Below are positions 1 to 8,790 of a DNA stretch of 64,000 bases, piece by piece. The notes beneath the pieces are model-generated. The model was not told the DNA's origin and searched no databases. It saw only the letters and a list, made by a program, of their open reading frames with translations. The translations under genes were made by a program, and so were the position numbers. This DNA is from an uncultured Pseudobdellovibrionaceae bacterium (GTDB taxonomy: Bacteria > Pseudomonadota > Alphaproteobacteria > Micavibrionales > Micavibrionaceae), in the NCBI GenBank assembly GCA_964384335.1, contig CAYLKN010000001.1, forward strand, positions 38,496 through 102,495. The letters run 5' to 3'. The stretch's first letter is position 1; each line of letters opens with the position of its first letter.

Positions 1-1
1 G

Positions 2-685
2 CTTACGGCAAACGCCCAGAAACGCCTTGAGATTATGGAGACGCTTGATAATCTTGGAGCCGGGTTCCAGCTTGCAAGTCATGATATGGATATCAGGGGT
101 GCCGGTAATGTACTTGGTGAAGAGCAGTCGGGGCACATTAAGGAAGTTGGTATTGAGCTTTACCAGCAAATGCTGGAAGATGCCGTGGCGGCGGCAAGGG
201 AGGGCAGGGGCCTTGAACATGCCGAAACACAAAGCGAGGCATGGTCACCGCATATTAATCTCGGCAACTCCGTGCTGATACCGGAAGAGTATATTGAGGA
301 TCTGAACATTCGCATGAGTCTTTACAGGCGCCTTGGCGATCTTAAGACAAAAGAGCATATTGAGGACTTTGCGGCGGAACTTATTGACCGTTTTGGTGAA
401 TATCCGCCGGAAGTTGATAACCTGATGCGTATTGTTGAAATAAAGCAGCTATGTTTAAAAGTCGGTATTGATAAAGTAGAGGCCGGACCGAAAGGCATAA
501 TTATAGGGTTTTTTAAGGATAATCCGCCAAATCTGCAGGGACTGGTGGAGTGGATGGCAAAACGTCAGGGGACTGTTACCCTGAGGGCCGATCAGAAACT
601 GGCCATCGTCAGGCACTGGGAAAAACCCATGCAGAGGGTAAGGGGAGTTCATTCCCTGATTCGTGAATTGGCTGAATTACAATAG
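2..685 (+). CDS. mfd: Transcription-repair coupling factor Mfd, C-terminal fragment (5' end lies outside the window)
   Basis: The frame is open from base 2. It reads ...KRLEIMETLDNLGAGFQLASHDMDIRGAGNVLGEEQSGHIKEVG..., which is helicase motif VI plus the C-terminal D7 region typical of Mfd. Confidence 0.85.
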   Translation, partial: LTANAQKRLEIMETLDNLGAGFQLASHDMDIRGAGNVLGEEQSGHIKEVGIELYQQMLEDAVAAAREGRGLEHAETQSEAWSPHINLGNSVLIPEEYIEDLNIRMSLYRRLGDLKTKEHIEDFAAELIDRFGEYPPEVDNLMRIVEIKQLCLKVGIDKVEAGPKGIIIGFFKDNPPNLQGLVEWMAKRQGTVTLRADQKLAIVRHWEKPMQRVRGVHSLIRELAELQ

Positions 686-693
686 AAATTATT

Positions 694-1863
694 ATGACTT
701 ATATAATTACACAGAAAGACTTAAACACATACTGCAGGGAAGCGGCAGGGCAAAAAACACTTTTTCTGGATACGGAGTTTGTAAGGGACAAAACGTATTA
801 TCCCCAGCTCTGCCTGATACAGATTTCAACGGAAAATCAGGATGCGGTCGCAATTGATCCGATAACAACCGATCTTGACTGGACGCCTTTATATGATCTT
901 CTTGCCCTTGAGAGCCTTACCAAGGTTTTTCATGCGGGGCGTCAGGACATCGAAATTATTTATAATTTGACAGGACAGGTTCCGAAGCCTGTTTTCGATA
1001 CCCAAATTGCGGCCATGGTCTGCGGATACGGGGAATCCGTTGCGTACCTTACGCTTGCCGCCGATATTTGCGGCGTTAAAATCGATAAAACAAGCCAATT
1101 CATGGACTGGTCACATCGGCCATTAACGGATAGTCAAATTCAGTATGCCCTGAATGACGTTGTTTATCTTCGTGATATCTATGCAAAGCTTGTGGAGCTT
1201 ATGCGGGCGGATGGGCGTGAAGAATGGATAAGAGAAGAGATGGAGGCTTTGACCGATGAAAAGAATTACGTGATCGACCCTGAAAACAAGTGGCAGCGTC
1301 TAAAATTGAAGGTTCAGAAACCGCATAATCTGCAGGCCGCCAGATTACTATGCGCGTGGAGGGAGAGGGAGGCGCAAAAACGTGATGTTCCCAAAACAAG
1401 GGTTCTCAGAGATGAGATTATTGTTCAGATTGCAACGCACCTGCCTAAAGGGGAAAAAGACTTAAGCAAGATACGTGGTTTTCCTTTACAAAGTAAATAT
1501 CTGGTCCGAACAGTCATAGATCTGTCGGAGGAAGCCAGAAAAACGCCGCCCCAGGAATGCCCGAAGGTCGAACCCCGTATTTCGCTTGACAATGATGACA
1601 AGGCAACTTTTGAAATGCTTAAAATGTTACTTCGGATACAGTCATCTGAATACAATGTTGCGCCGCGCCTGATTGCATCCACCGAGGATCTGGAAATTCT
1701 GTCGCGGCCGGAAGGCACCGAAAACAAGGTTGATGTTCCGGCCCTGATGGGTTGGCGCAACAATATTTTCGGCCGGTATGTTAAGGCGCTTAAAGAAGGT
1801 TCCCTGGGGCTTTATCTGCAAAATGGAGCACTTGCAAAAAAAGAAATCAAGGAAACAGGCTGA
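694..1863 (+). CDS. rnd: Ribonuclease D (DEDDy 3'-5' exonuclease plus HRDC domain)
   Basis: 389 aa. It has FLDTEFVR (ExoI), VFHAGRQDIE (ExoII) and QYALNDVVYL (ExoIII, DEDDy) motifs, and the length fits RNase D. Confidence 0.85.
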   Translation: MTYIITQKDLNTYCREAAGQKTLFLDTEFVRDKTYYPQLCLIQISTENQDAVAIDPITTDLDWTPLYDLLALESLTKVFHAGRQDIEIIYNLTGQVPKPVFDTQIAAMVCGYGESVAYLTLAADICGVKIDKTSQFMDWSHRPLTDSQIQYALNDVVYLRDIYAKLVELMRADGREEWIREEMEALTDEKNYVIDPENKWQRLKLKVQKPHNLQAARLLCAWREREAQKRDVPKTRVLRDEIIVQIATHLPKGEKDLSKIRGFPLQSKYLVRTVIDLSEEARKTPPQECPKVEPRISLDNDDKATFEMLKMLLRIQSSEYNVAPRLIASTEDLEILSRPEGTENKVDVPALMGWRNNIFGRYVKALKEGSLGLYLQNGALAKKEIKETG

Positions 1864-1905
1864 TTTGCCCTTTGGCAAAACTATATTTTCAATTAAAATA
1901 AAAAT

Positions 1906-2403
1906 ATGACCAAAATTCTTTATACAATAAGGCATGCCCAGGCTGAAAACGGCGCAGATATAAAAGATTTTGACCGCAAACTTACCTCTGACGGGGAGCA
2001 GCAGGCCCGTGATCTTGGAAAACACATGACTGAGAAATCCTATAATCCCGGAGTGTTTCTTGTCTCATCCGCTGCGCGGACACAGGGAACTTTTTTCTGT
2101 CTTGGAATAGGTGAACAGCAGATTGTTAAGGAAAATTTCTATGACGGCACGGCGGGAGATTATCTGGAAGAAATAAAAACCATCGCCGACGATAAGGATG
2201 AAGCGGCTGTAATCGGTCATAACCCCAGTATTAGCGACCTTACCCGTTTTCTTGTTGAAAAGGGCGCAGATGAGGCGCGCCTCATGATAATGAGCGGATT
2301 TAAAAAAGGAATGATGGTTGCGGTGAAATTTGATACCGACCACTGGGCCGAAATTGGCGCGGTTAAAGGGAACGCATTTGATGTTTTTGTACCGCAGGAA
2401 TAA
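1906..2403 (+). CDS. Histidine phosphatase family protein, SixA-like
   Basis: 165 aa. It has an N-terminal LYTIRHAQA (RHG-type) motif and a second GHNPSISDL motif, as in SixA phosphohistidine phosphatases. Confidence 0.6.
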   Translation: MTKILYTIRHAQAENGADIKDFDRKLTSDGEQQARDLGKHMTEKSYNPGVFLVSSAARTQGTFFCLGIGEQQIVKENFYDGTAGDYLEEIKTIADDKDEAAVIGHNPSISDLTRFLVEKGADEARLMIMSGFKKGMMVAVKFDTDHWAEIGAVKGNAFDVFVPQE

Positions 2404-2439
2404 CTGAGACTATTCATTCATGCTTGCGGATTGTGTCAT

Positions 2440-3180
2440 TCAGTTTCCACTATAAATTTCCGGCCCTGAATTAGAACCAAAAGCATTTGTGTATCCGGTG
2501 TTAAGCAAAATCCGGCGCATGGTACTGATCGTCACGGGTTTTTTTTCTGATAAGGCAACCTTGTCCCCTTTCTCAACAAGATCATGAACTGCCGCAAAAG
2601 AACGTTCCATGCGCGGCAGAACGTATTTCATAACTGATTCGTCAATCATAATCTGCCTGTCCTGAAAAAGTTTGATCATAAGGGCTGCCAGGACGGAATC
2701 GTCCGGTTCCCGGATGGACGCAAGCGGTGCGGCACGCAGGCGCGAGGCCAGGTCGGGTATGGCAAAATCAGCCTGTTTCGGTGTCATGCGCATGGTCATC
2801 AGGCAGGCGCCCTGCTCCTCCTTCAACGCATTGAAAAGATGAAACAGTGTTTTTTCCGCATTCTCATCCCCGATCCATGGGTCAACCGGATCGAGAACAA
2901 GATATTTTCCGTTTTCCGCAATGATGTTTGTGGCGCTCTGCTCGGCAAGATTTTCGGTATTGACTTTTTTTGCGCCGGAACGTGATTGCCAAACTGCGGC
3001 AAGATGTGTTTTTCCGCATGCGGCCGCCCCCTGTAAAATAAGAACAGGTGCGCCCCATTCCGGCCATCTGTCAATCAGGGCCACGGCCATATGATTGCAG
3101 GGTGCGACAAAAAAATCCTCCCTGCCCATTGCAGGACGGTGCCTTAGGTCAAGCGGCATTTGCCGCGCATGCTCCGTCAT
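2440..3180 (-). CDS. hdaA: DnaA regulatory inactivator HdaA (DnaA-related AAA+ protein)
   Basis: 246 aa. It has a Walker A-like GAAACGKTHLAAVW and DnaA domain III-like size, and it lies next to perM/purM as hda does in other proteobacteria. Confidence 0.75.
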   Translation of the reverse strand: MTEHARQMPLDLRHRPAMGREDFFVAPCNHMAVALIDRWPEWGAPVLILQGAAACGKTHLAAVWQSRSGAKKVNTENLAEQSATNIIAENGKYLVLDPVDPWIGDENAEKTLFHLFNALKEEQGACLMTMRMTPKQADFAIPDLASRLRAAPLASIREPDDSVLAALMIKLFQDRQIMIDESVMKYVLPRMERSFAAVHDLVEKGDKVALSEKKPVTISTMRRILLNTGYTNAFGSNSGPEIYSGN

Positions 3181-3205
3181 TGTGGTTTTCCCGGTTTCGT
3201 TAATC

Positions 3206-4285
3206 TTACTGCTGCTGGGTGCTATAATAGCTGCTTTGCTTGTACTGCGAAAGGGCGAACCCGGTTAAGACGCTTATTATTGCCGCAACGGGAACGGATA
3301 ACAGCATTCCTGTAATACCGAAAACGGCACCGCCGGCCATAAGGGAAAATAAAATCCATAAGGGATGCAGGCCAACCTTGTCTCCGATAATCTTTGGCGT
3401 GAGAACATTGCCTTCGACAAACTGACCAATGGCGAATATACCCGCAATCAATAACGTGAAAAGGATGTCGTATGTCTGGAACCATGCGACTATGGCACCC
3501 GCCAGCATTCCGGACAGTGACCCGATAAGCGGAATAATGGAAAGAATTCCTGCGCCAAGCCCCAGTAAAAGCGCGAATTCAAGTCCTGCCAGCTTTAATG
3601 CCACGGTATAAACAATAGCCAGTATCAGGGCGATGATAAGTTGGCCGCGGATAAACCCTGAAATCTTTGTGTCGATCGACTGAACAAGGCCACTTACGGT
3701 TTCATATTGATTACGGGGTATTACGGATTTAAACCACTTCAGAATTCTTGGCCATTCCATCATCATAAAAAACGTTACAAAAGGGGTTATCACGATCAGG
3801 GAAATAAAGTTTACGAGGATAAAACCCCCGCTGACAAATTCCTTCAAGACGGTTTGGGTGAATTGTATGATATTACCAGATGTGTTCTGTAATGCCTGTT
3901 TCAGGAAATCTCCGTTTGAGTCCTGCATATTATCCTGCAAAATCCGTCGCACAGGTTCGGCCGCATTCAGAATTTCCTTAACGTAAGCCGGTACCTTGTT
4001 TGCAAATGTAATCAGGTCATCAATAACAAGTGGGATTAACATGACAAACGCACCCGCAAGAGACAAAACAAAGGCCAGTGTGAGCAGAACGGAAGCCGCA
4101 ATCCTGTTCAGGTGTATTTTTTCAAGAGCCTTTACAACAGGATTCAGGATATATGCGATAATCGCACCCAGAATAAAGGGTGTCAGAATGCTTTGGAAAA
4201 GCCATATAAATCCGGTAATCAGAAGCGCGCTGACTATCCAGAATCCAAATCTGCGTGCGATTGTAAGTGTTTCTTTTTCAGACAT
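3206..4285 (-). CDS. AI-2E family (PerM/YhhT-like) transporter
   Basis: 359 aa with about 8 predicted TM helices. The C-terminal half carries the conserved GDKVGLHPLWILFSL...GMLLSVP motif typical of the family. Confidence 0.8.
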   Translation of the reverse strand: MSEKETLTIARRFGFWIVSALLITGFIWLFQSILTPFILGAIIAYILNPVVKALEKIHLNRIAASVLLTLAFVLSLAGAFVMLIPLVIDDLITFANKVPAYVKEILNAAEPVRRILQDNMQDSNGDFLKQALQNTSGNIIQFTQTVLKEFVSGGFILVNFISLIVITPFVTFFMMMEWPRILKWFKSVIPRNQYETVSGLVQSIDTKISGFIRGQLIIALILAIVYTVALKLAGLEFALLLGLGAGILSIIPLIGSLSGMLAGAIVAWFQTYDILFTLLIAGIFAIGQFVEGNVLTPKIIGDKVGLHPLWILFSLMAGGAVFGITGMLLSVPVAAIISVLTGFALSQYKQSSYYSTQQQ

Positions 4286-4293
4286 TTGCTGTT

Positions 4294-5499
4294 CTACCTG
4301 TTAAACGACCGGAAACGTTCCAGATAAAGCTCGTACACAAGCGGCACGTTATTGATGTTTCCGGAGATATTTCCCTGATTGCCGGCGTTATCAAAACCGG
4401 TCATATTCATCCGTGGCTGACTGAGAATTATGTTTTCTTGTGCCAGGGCGAGGCGTAGACGCCTTTCGCTTCCCTGAAAGGAGAGTTTCACAAGGGCGAA
4501 GTCCGGGTTTATGGATCTGTACTCAATTCCCGTAACACCTTGCACGCTTTCTATTGCCTGTTTTGTTGTAAGCCATTGTTCAAGGCTTCTGTAATACACG
4601 TTGACGAGGAGGTGATTTTTTTCATCCGGTCTGACAACGGTCTGATTTTTCCAGTACTGCTGGAGAACTTCATAGACCGCCTTGACACCTTTCTGCAGGA
4701 GAGAGTCGAGTGTTTCTGCAGGTGCTGGTTCCACGGCAAGCCGCGTCACAAATTCCGGCTCGGGTCTGTCCGTCCGGTATATGAAGATAACCAGCGGATA
4801 TTCGGCAGTGCTTGTCGGTGGAAGGCTGTTTTCACCAGGCATGGCGGCGATAGCTAAAATCGCCTCTCCTGCGCCGTAACGATTAACAAGCAAGTCAAGT
4901 GCCGGTTTCTCGTAATTCAAAGGCTGCTGATCGTTCAGGCTTTGAATATCCTCTAAATCACCAATCGGAGTGATAACCGGGACGAGGCCCCCTTGTTGAT
5001 CGGTCTCTCTCCAGGCCGAAAGCCATGGATTAAAACGGTCCCACAACAGAATCTGGTTTTCAGTCTGGTAATACGGTAAAACCAGTATGGGTTTGCTTGC
5101 GACATCTGTATATTGTAAACCGGTTCTTTCAAGATAGTTACGTATCGCGTCCTCTTTAAAACGAAAAGTGAAGCTGGCTTTATATCTCACGGATGAGAGC
5201 TGCTCCCGGTTTATTTCAAAGTTGCGAATGAGGTTCTGCAATACCTGAGGTTCGGGAACCGCAATATTTTCGCCTGAAGCATTGGGCAAAAGTTTGCCCG
5301 CAAGCCTGACAAAGGCCTCTTCCTGTGCCAGGATGAAGGCTTTGTCTCTGGCTTCGGCGGCGCTTTCCGCCGTGACGTCAACGTCAATGTCCCGCACTGT
5401 GAAAACATGGTTTTCCTGCGCAAGGGCCTGCGGGCTTGCTGCTGCAATAAAAAGGCAAATAATCAGAGATATGTTTAAAATACGGAAAAATACTGTCAC
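4294..5499 (-). CDS. Secreted protein, DUF2066-like (call rests on position and size)
   Basis: The ORF is open to 5727, but that extension would overlap the purM start. A GTG at 5499 yields a signal peptide (VTVFFRILNISLIICLFIAAASPQALA|QE). Its position between purM and perM/hda matches DUF2066 genes in other proteobacteria, as far as I recall. Confidence 0.5.
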   Translation of the reverse strand: MTVFFRILNISLIICLFIAAASPQALAQENHVFTVRDIDVDVTAESAAEARDKAFILAQEEAFVRLAGKLLPNASGENIAVPEPQVLQNLIRNFEINREQLSSVRYKASFTFRFKEDAIRNYLERTGLQYTDVASKPILVLPYYQTENQILLWDRFNPWLSAWRETDQQGGLVPVITPIGDLEDIQSLNDQQPLNYEKPALDLLVNRYGAGEAILAIAAMPGENSLPPTSTAEYPLVIFIYRTDRPEPEFVTRLAVEPAPAETLDSLLQKGVKAVYEVLQQYWKNQTVVRPDEKNHLLVNVYYRSLEQWLTTKQAIESVQGVTGIEYRSINPDFALVKLSFQGSERRLRLALAQENIILSQPRMNMTGFDNAGNQGNISGNINNVPLVYELYLERFRSFNR

Positions 5500-5562
5500 G
5501 ATAAAAACCCGTTGTTTGAAATCTGCAATTTCTTTATAACGGGCATTGTAAGGAGATGCAAA

Positions 5563-6666
5563 GTGAAACACACAGCCTATAAAGCTTCCGGTGTCGATAT
5601 CAAAGCGGCGGACCGTCTGATCAGCAAAATAAAAGGCCCGATATCCAGTACGAAAAATAAAGCGGTCCTTGATAACATGTCCGGGTTTGGATGTTTTTTT
5701 GAACTTAATGCAATAAAAAAATATCAAAATCCGGTTCTTGTGTCCTCCAACGATGGTGTCGGAACGAAGTTAAAAATCGCTATAGATATCGGAAAGCATG
5801 ATACTGTCGGTCTGGACTGTGTGGCAATGTGTGTTAATGATATCGTAGTTCAGGGTGCGGAGCCTCTTTTCTTTCTTGATTATTTTGCCAGCGGGCGGCT
5901 CGATGTCGATATTGCCGAAACTGTTATTTCCGGGGTGGCCGTCGGGTGTAAAGAGGCGGGCTGCGCTTTGATCGGCGGTGAAACGGCCGAGATGCCCGGA
6001 CTTTATGCCGACGGTGATTACGATCTGGCAGGTTTTACAGTCGGCGGAATTGAAAAAGACCGTATAATAGACGGCGGCAAAGTCGTGGCCGGGGACGTCG
6101 TTCTTGGTATTGCGTCCGGCGGGCTGCACTCAAACGGGTTCTCGCTTGTCCGCAGGATTGTAGAAAGTAATTCTCAGTTTTCTTATTTAAAAGAAACGGA
6201 TTTTTCCGAAGGAGAAACTTTAGGGGCGTATCTTTTGAAACCGACGCGTATTTATGTCCGTTCGGTTCTTGAAATGCTTGAGGATTTGTCAAATCAGAAT
6301 GTTTACGAAAACATGCATGGCATGGCCCATATTACGGGCGGTGGTATTGGTGGAAACCTGAACCGGATTATTCCTGACGGATTGTATGCCGAAATTGATG
6401 CGGAGAAGTGGACGATGCATCCTGTTTTCAGCTGGCTTGCAAGACACGGAAAGTTAACCGCCGGGGATATTCTTACAACCTTTAATTGCGGATTGGGATT
6501 AATCGCCGTCTGTGACGGTGCAATTGCCGATCAAGTACAGAAAGCTCTGGAGAAAAAGGGCGAAACAGTATTTAATATTGGCCATGTCCGGGAAGGAAAG
6601 CCCGCAGAAAATGGATTGAATGAGAAAGTGAAAATTCTTAATATAAACACATTAAACATTACCTAG
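5563..6666 (+). CDS. purM: Phosphoribosylformylglycinamidine cyclo-ligase (AIR synthetase)
   Basis: It reads YKASGVDIKAADRL...GFGCFF...SNDGVGTKL...GGETAEMPG, which are PurM hallmarks. The start is assigned to GTG 5563, 7 nt after AGGAG at 5551-5555. The track ORF begins at 5512. Confidence 0.9.
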   Translation: MKHTAYKASGVDIKAADRLISKIKGPISSTKNKAVLDNMSGFGCFFELNAIKKYQNPVLVSSNDGVGTKLKIAIDIGKHDTVGLDCVAMCVNDIVVQGAEPLFFLDYFASGRLDVDIAETVISGVAVGCKEAGCALIGGETAEMPGLYADGDYDLAGFTVGGIEKDRIIDGGKVVAGDVVLGIASGGLHSNGFSLVRRIVESNSQFSYLKETDFSEGETLGAYLLKPTRIYVRSVLEMLEDLSNQNVYENMHGMAHITGGGIGGNLNRIIPDGLYAEIDAEKWTMHPVFSWLARHGKLTAGDILTTFNCGLGLIAVCDGAIADQVQKALEKKGETVFNIGHVREGKPAENGLNEKVKILNINTLNIT

Positions 6667-6680
6667 GCTTCATTAAACAA

Positions 6681-6845
6681 ATGGGAACACCGTCAGAAAA
6701 TCCAGACAAATCCGATATCCCTCCGGAGCAGATTAAGCAAGCGAATCATACGTGGCAAAGTTTCATTCGCATGACGAAATGGGCGGTTATTGTTATCTGT
6801 GCTGGCGTTTTTTTGATTGGTCTTATGTTTGCGGATATTTTTTGA
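6681..6845 (+). CDS. Small membrane protein resembling bacterial aa3-type cytochrome c oxidase subunit IV (COX4_pro_2-like)
   Basis: This 54-aa ORF is below the track cutoff: MGTPSENPDKSDIPPEQIKQANHTWQSFIRMTKWAVIVICAGVFLIGLMFADIF. It has a polar N-terminus, an H-x-x-T-W-x-x-F motif and a single TM helix, as in alphaproteobacterial CoxIV. Confidence 0.4.
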   Translation: MGTPSENPDKSDIPPEQIKQANHTWQSFIRMTKWAVIVICAGVFLIGLMFADIF

Positions 6846-7017
6846 GTATTCTTCAATCTGTTTCATTTCTGTCTAAAAAAGTTTTAAAAATTTGTTTAGG
6901 GGTGCGGATTTATAATAATATGATAATATTATAGAGTTGAATTCTCTCCGAATGGTTACGCAAATCATCAGCATGAACAAATTGTCCAAATATACGACTC
7001 CTTAAATAGGTTCCAAA

Positions 7018-8712
7018 ATGAGTATTATAAGCATACCTGGTCTGGGTTTTGGTAAGAGTATCCTTCTGATAAATGATGATGAGCTCCACTTTTACAATGT
7101 CAGAGGGGGAATGGTTAACTATGTCAGGAGTATTCAGTGGGAAGAAAGTAATTTTATCGTTCAGGCAACGTCGATTATCCGTGATGAATGTGGCAACAAC
7201 CCGATAATTATACTGGATGATTCAAGTGAGCAGTTCTATCGGCGGGAAGCCATACCGAATATCGGCAGCGTTATGGATCGCGGGAATTTGGTTAAAAGAA
7301 AGCTCAATGTCGCCTTTCCAAACTATGATATTAAAGCAAGCCTGAAGTTGAAGGACAAATCCGTCTCTACAAAAGGGGACAAGGCAGTTGAAAATAAACC
7401 GGGCAAAACAACCAAATATCTTTTTGCCGCCATACCCGAAACCGATAAAACCCGTCTTGTTTATGAAATTGCGCGCCAGCTGACCGTTCCTGTCCAGTCA
7501 TATTTGCTTGTTCCGGTGGAAGCATCGACCATGATCAGGCTCTTGTCTAAAAAGATTTTTGGGTCGGGCAAAAACAAATCTCTCTGGACGATTTTTATAG
7601 GGCAGAACCAGAACGGTGGCTTGAGGCAGATCGTTACAAAGAACGGTGAACTTGCAATGACCCGTTTGACGCCGGTTGTGGATTCGTCGGCTGAGCCTGA
7701 TTTATGGGCAAATGAGGTTATGCAGGAATTCAAGGCAACACTGAAATATCTTGCGCGTTTTGATTATAATCCTGATGACGGGCTTGATGTTATTACAATC
7801 TGCAATCCGGAAACCGGTGAGTGCCTTGACGATCTAATAGACATACCCTGTAATTTCCGTTCACTGACCGTGGCGCAGGCCGCAGATATCATCAACGTAA
7901 AAATACATCCGGTGGACACAAAACATTATGTGGATCGGCTCCATGCCGGATGGGTGGCGCGAAAGCCTTCCATTACAATGGATATGAAGCCGAAAGAACT
8001 TGATGTTATTTCAAAGCCCCGGAAGGTTGCATCACTGATCTCACTTGCATTGGTAATCAGCCTTATCTATTTCGGCTACACTTTTATGGGGGCATCGGGA
8101 TCACTGATGAAAAAGCAGACGGAACTGCGCAATCTCCAACAGACACAGAACAGGCTTGATGCCGAGCTTGAAGATGAAATCGCAAAAATGAACAACCTTG
8201 GTTTTGACGTCAAGCTTATCAGGGCTGCCACCAGTACCTATAATGCCTATCAGGGCAGGGGGATAGAGTCTGTCGATTATATTCAGCGCATAGATACCGC
8301 ACTTGATAATCAGATAACATTAAAATTTATTTCTATGGATGTTGTGAAAACAAGTGTTTTTGAAGATGGATTCAGGGCGCTTTTAGGCAACGAAAGCGGT
8401 GAGGCCATAAGAATAAGATTGGGTATGCTTTTCCCCGGAGCCACAGATCCGGAAGACGGGAATGAGGAAGTTGACGATATTTCAAGACGTCTTAAGGATG
8501 AGTTTCCAAACCACAGGGTGCGGGTTACAAAATACCTCAAGGATATGACATTTGATTCTGAATTTACGGGTGAAGCCGGGCTTTCAGCCAGGGAAGAGCA
8601 ACAGGTTCAGGATTTCAGCGCAGAAATCGAAGTGGTTGGCAATATCAGCAGTGTTGATATGGATGTCTCTGAAAACAACTCGGGGCAAAATTCACGTCGC
8701 AACAATCGCTAG
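7018..8712 (+). CDS. Hypothetical bitopic membrane protein (large cytoplasmic domain, one TM helix, coiled coil, periplasmic domain)
   Basis: 564 aa. There is a single hydrophobic helix at about aa 337-359 (VASLISLALVISLIYFGYTFMGA), followed by a heptad-like segment (KKQTELRNLQQTQNRLDAELEDEIAKMNNL). I recognised no family. Confidence 0.6.
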   Translation: MSIISIPGLGFGKSILLINDDELHFYNVRGGMVNYVRSIQWEESNFIVQATSIIRDECGNNPIIILDDSSEQFYRREAIPNIGSVMDRGNLVKRKLNVAFPNYDIKASLKLKDKSVSTKGDKAVENKPGKTTKYLFAAIPETDKTRLVYEIARQLTVPVQSYLLVPVEASTMIRLLSKKIFGSGKNKSLWTIFIGQNQNGGLRQIVTKNGELAMTRLTPVVDSSAEPDLWANEVMQEFKATLKYLARFDYNPDDGLDVITICNPETGECLDDLIDIPCNFRSLTVAQAADIINVKIHPVDTKHYVDRLHAGWVARKPSITMDMKPKELDVISKPRKVASLISLALVISLIYFGYTFMGASGSLMKKQTELRNLQQTQNRLDAELEDEIAKMNNLGFDVKLIRAATSTYNAYQGRGIESVDYIQRIDTALDNQITLKFISMDVVKTSVFEDGFRALLGNESGEAIRIRLGMLFPGATDPEDGNEEVDDISRRLKDEFPNHRVRVTKYLKDMTFDSEFTGEAGLSAREEQQVQDFSAEIEVVGNISSVDMDVSENNSGQNSRRNNR

Positions 8713-8790
8713 CCATTTATTTCTGAGAATTTTTTCAAACGTACGGTTATTCTGGTTCTCAATTCAAAAGTTTTCTAAACTACACCAAGC

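Noticed and set aside
5500-5727. The 5' extension of the minus-strand ORF 4294-5727 would overlap the purM start by more than 150 nt.
   Set aside because: The extension precedes the obvious signal peptide, has odd composition and collides with the purM RBS and start. A GTG at 5499 gives a normal secretory N-terminus.
6752-6934. A listed 60-aa ORF lies in the purM downstream gap.
   Set aside because: It has a non-ATG start and a Cys/Tyr/Trp-rich improbable product. It overlaps, out of frame, the better-supported CoxIV-like 54-codon ORF at 6681-6845.
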